Source: Vibrio sp. (GTDB lineage Bacteria > Pseudomonadota > Gammaproteobacteria > Enterobacterales > Vibrionaceae). Taken from it: a DNA stretch of 64,000 nucleotides. Both the position numbers and the translations under genes were made by a program. This document shows, in pieces, positions 63,759 to 64,000 of the stretch. The DNA is taken from contig JBKEDP010000021.1 in the NCBI GenBank assembly GCA_047975485.1, positions 1,292 through 65,291 on the forward strand, given 5' to 3'. Position 1 is the stretch's first letter. Every line of letters begins with the position of its first letter. Under the pieces are notes generated by a model. The model was not told the origin of the DNA. It did not search any database and saw only the letters and a program-made list of their open reading frames with translations.

Positions 63759-64000
63759 ATGGAAATCGAACAAACGAGCCTGACATTTTCAGATGGCAAT
63801 ACAATCCCACAAGTTGGTCTAGGTGTCTGGAAAGCATCACCAGACCAAGCAAGATTAGCAGTCTGCCATGCGCTTCAATCTGGCTATCATCAAATTGATA
63901 CTGCAGCAATTTATGAAAATGAAGAAGGCGTTGGGAAAGGGATAATCGACTCTGGTGTTCCTCGTAAAGATATTTTTGTGACAACTAAAATTTGGAATGG
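63759..64000 (+). CDS. Aldo/keto reductase (DkgA-like), partial
   Basis: Manual translation MEIEQTSLTFSDGNTIPQVGLGVWKA...GYHQIDTAAIYENEEGVG...DIFVTTKIWN; runs off the window. Confidence 0.88.
   Translation, partial: MEIEQTSLTFSDGNTIPQVGLGVWKASPDQARLAVCHALQSGYHQIDTAAIYENEEGVGKGIIDSGVPRKDIFVTTKIWN

Noticed and set aside
63757..63984. 75-aa minus-strand ORF
   Set aside because: Antisense to the partial aldo/keto reductase on the + strand

Overview
AT-rich gammaproteobacterial chromosome segment whose gene content is Vibrionaceae-like (the species cannot be determined from the sequence). 1-10.8 kb: a co-oriented (- strand) accessory surface/adhesin locus. It holds a ToxR/CadC-like winged-helix regulator with an acidic 12-aa repeat linker, an OmpA-family protein translationally coupled to a 1311-aa lipoprotein (11 Big_2-type repeats plus an invasin/intimin-like head, no beta-barrel), a ~35-bp tandem array, and three signal-peptide-less acidic Ig-like proteins that share domains; the last of these runs off the window. 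11.5-28.2 kb: a pectin/oligogalacturonide utilisation cluster (togMNAB, pectin methylesterase, pelW, SSS transporter, ogl, MATE, kdgM, pelX) with KdgR-like and CRP-like sites. 28-49 kb: msrB, rof, MFS, M23 peptidase, urease ureDABCEFG, Fe-ADH, pirin, OYE, EAL and GGDEF proteins, TSUP, riboflavin synthase. 50-57.6 kb: narQ, a NarL/NarP-type regulator and napFDABC. 57.7-64 kb: a probable TA pair, an unknown 533-aa protein divergent from an atypical GH28 and a GPH transporter, and a partial aldo-keto reductase. No rRNA, tRNA, CRISPR array or transposase was seen. The best candidate for an undescribed system is the left-end adhesin locus. All family calls come from motif recognition by eye, not from database searches.
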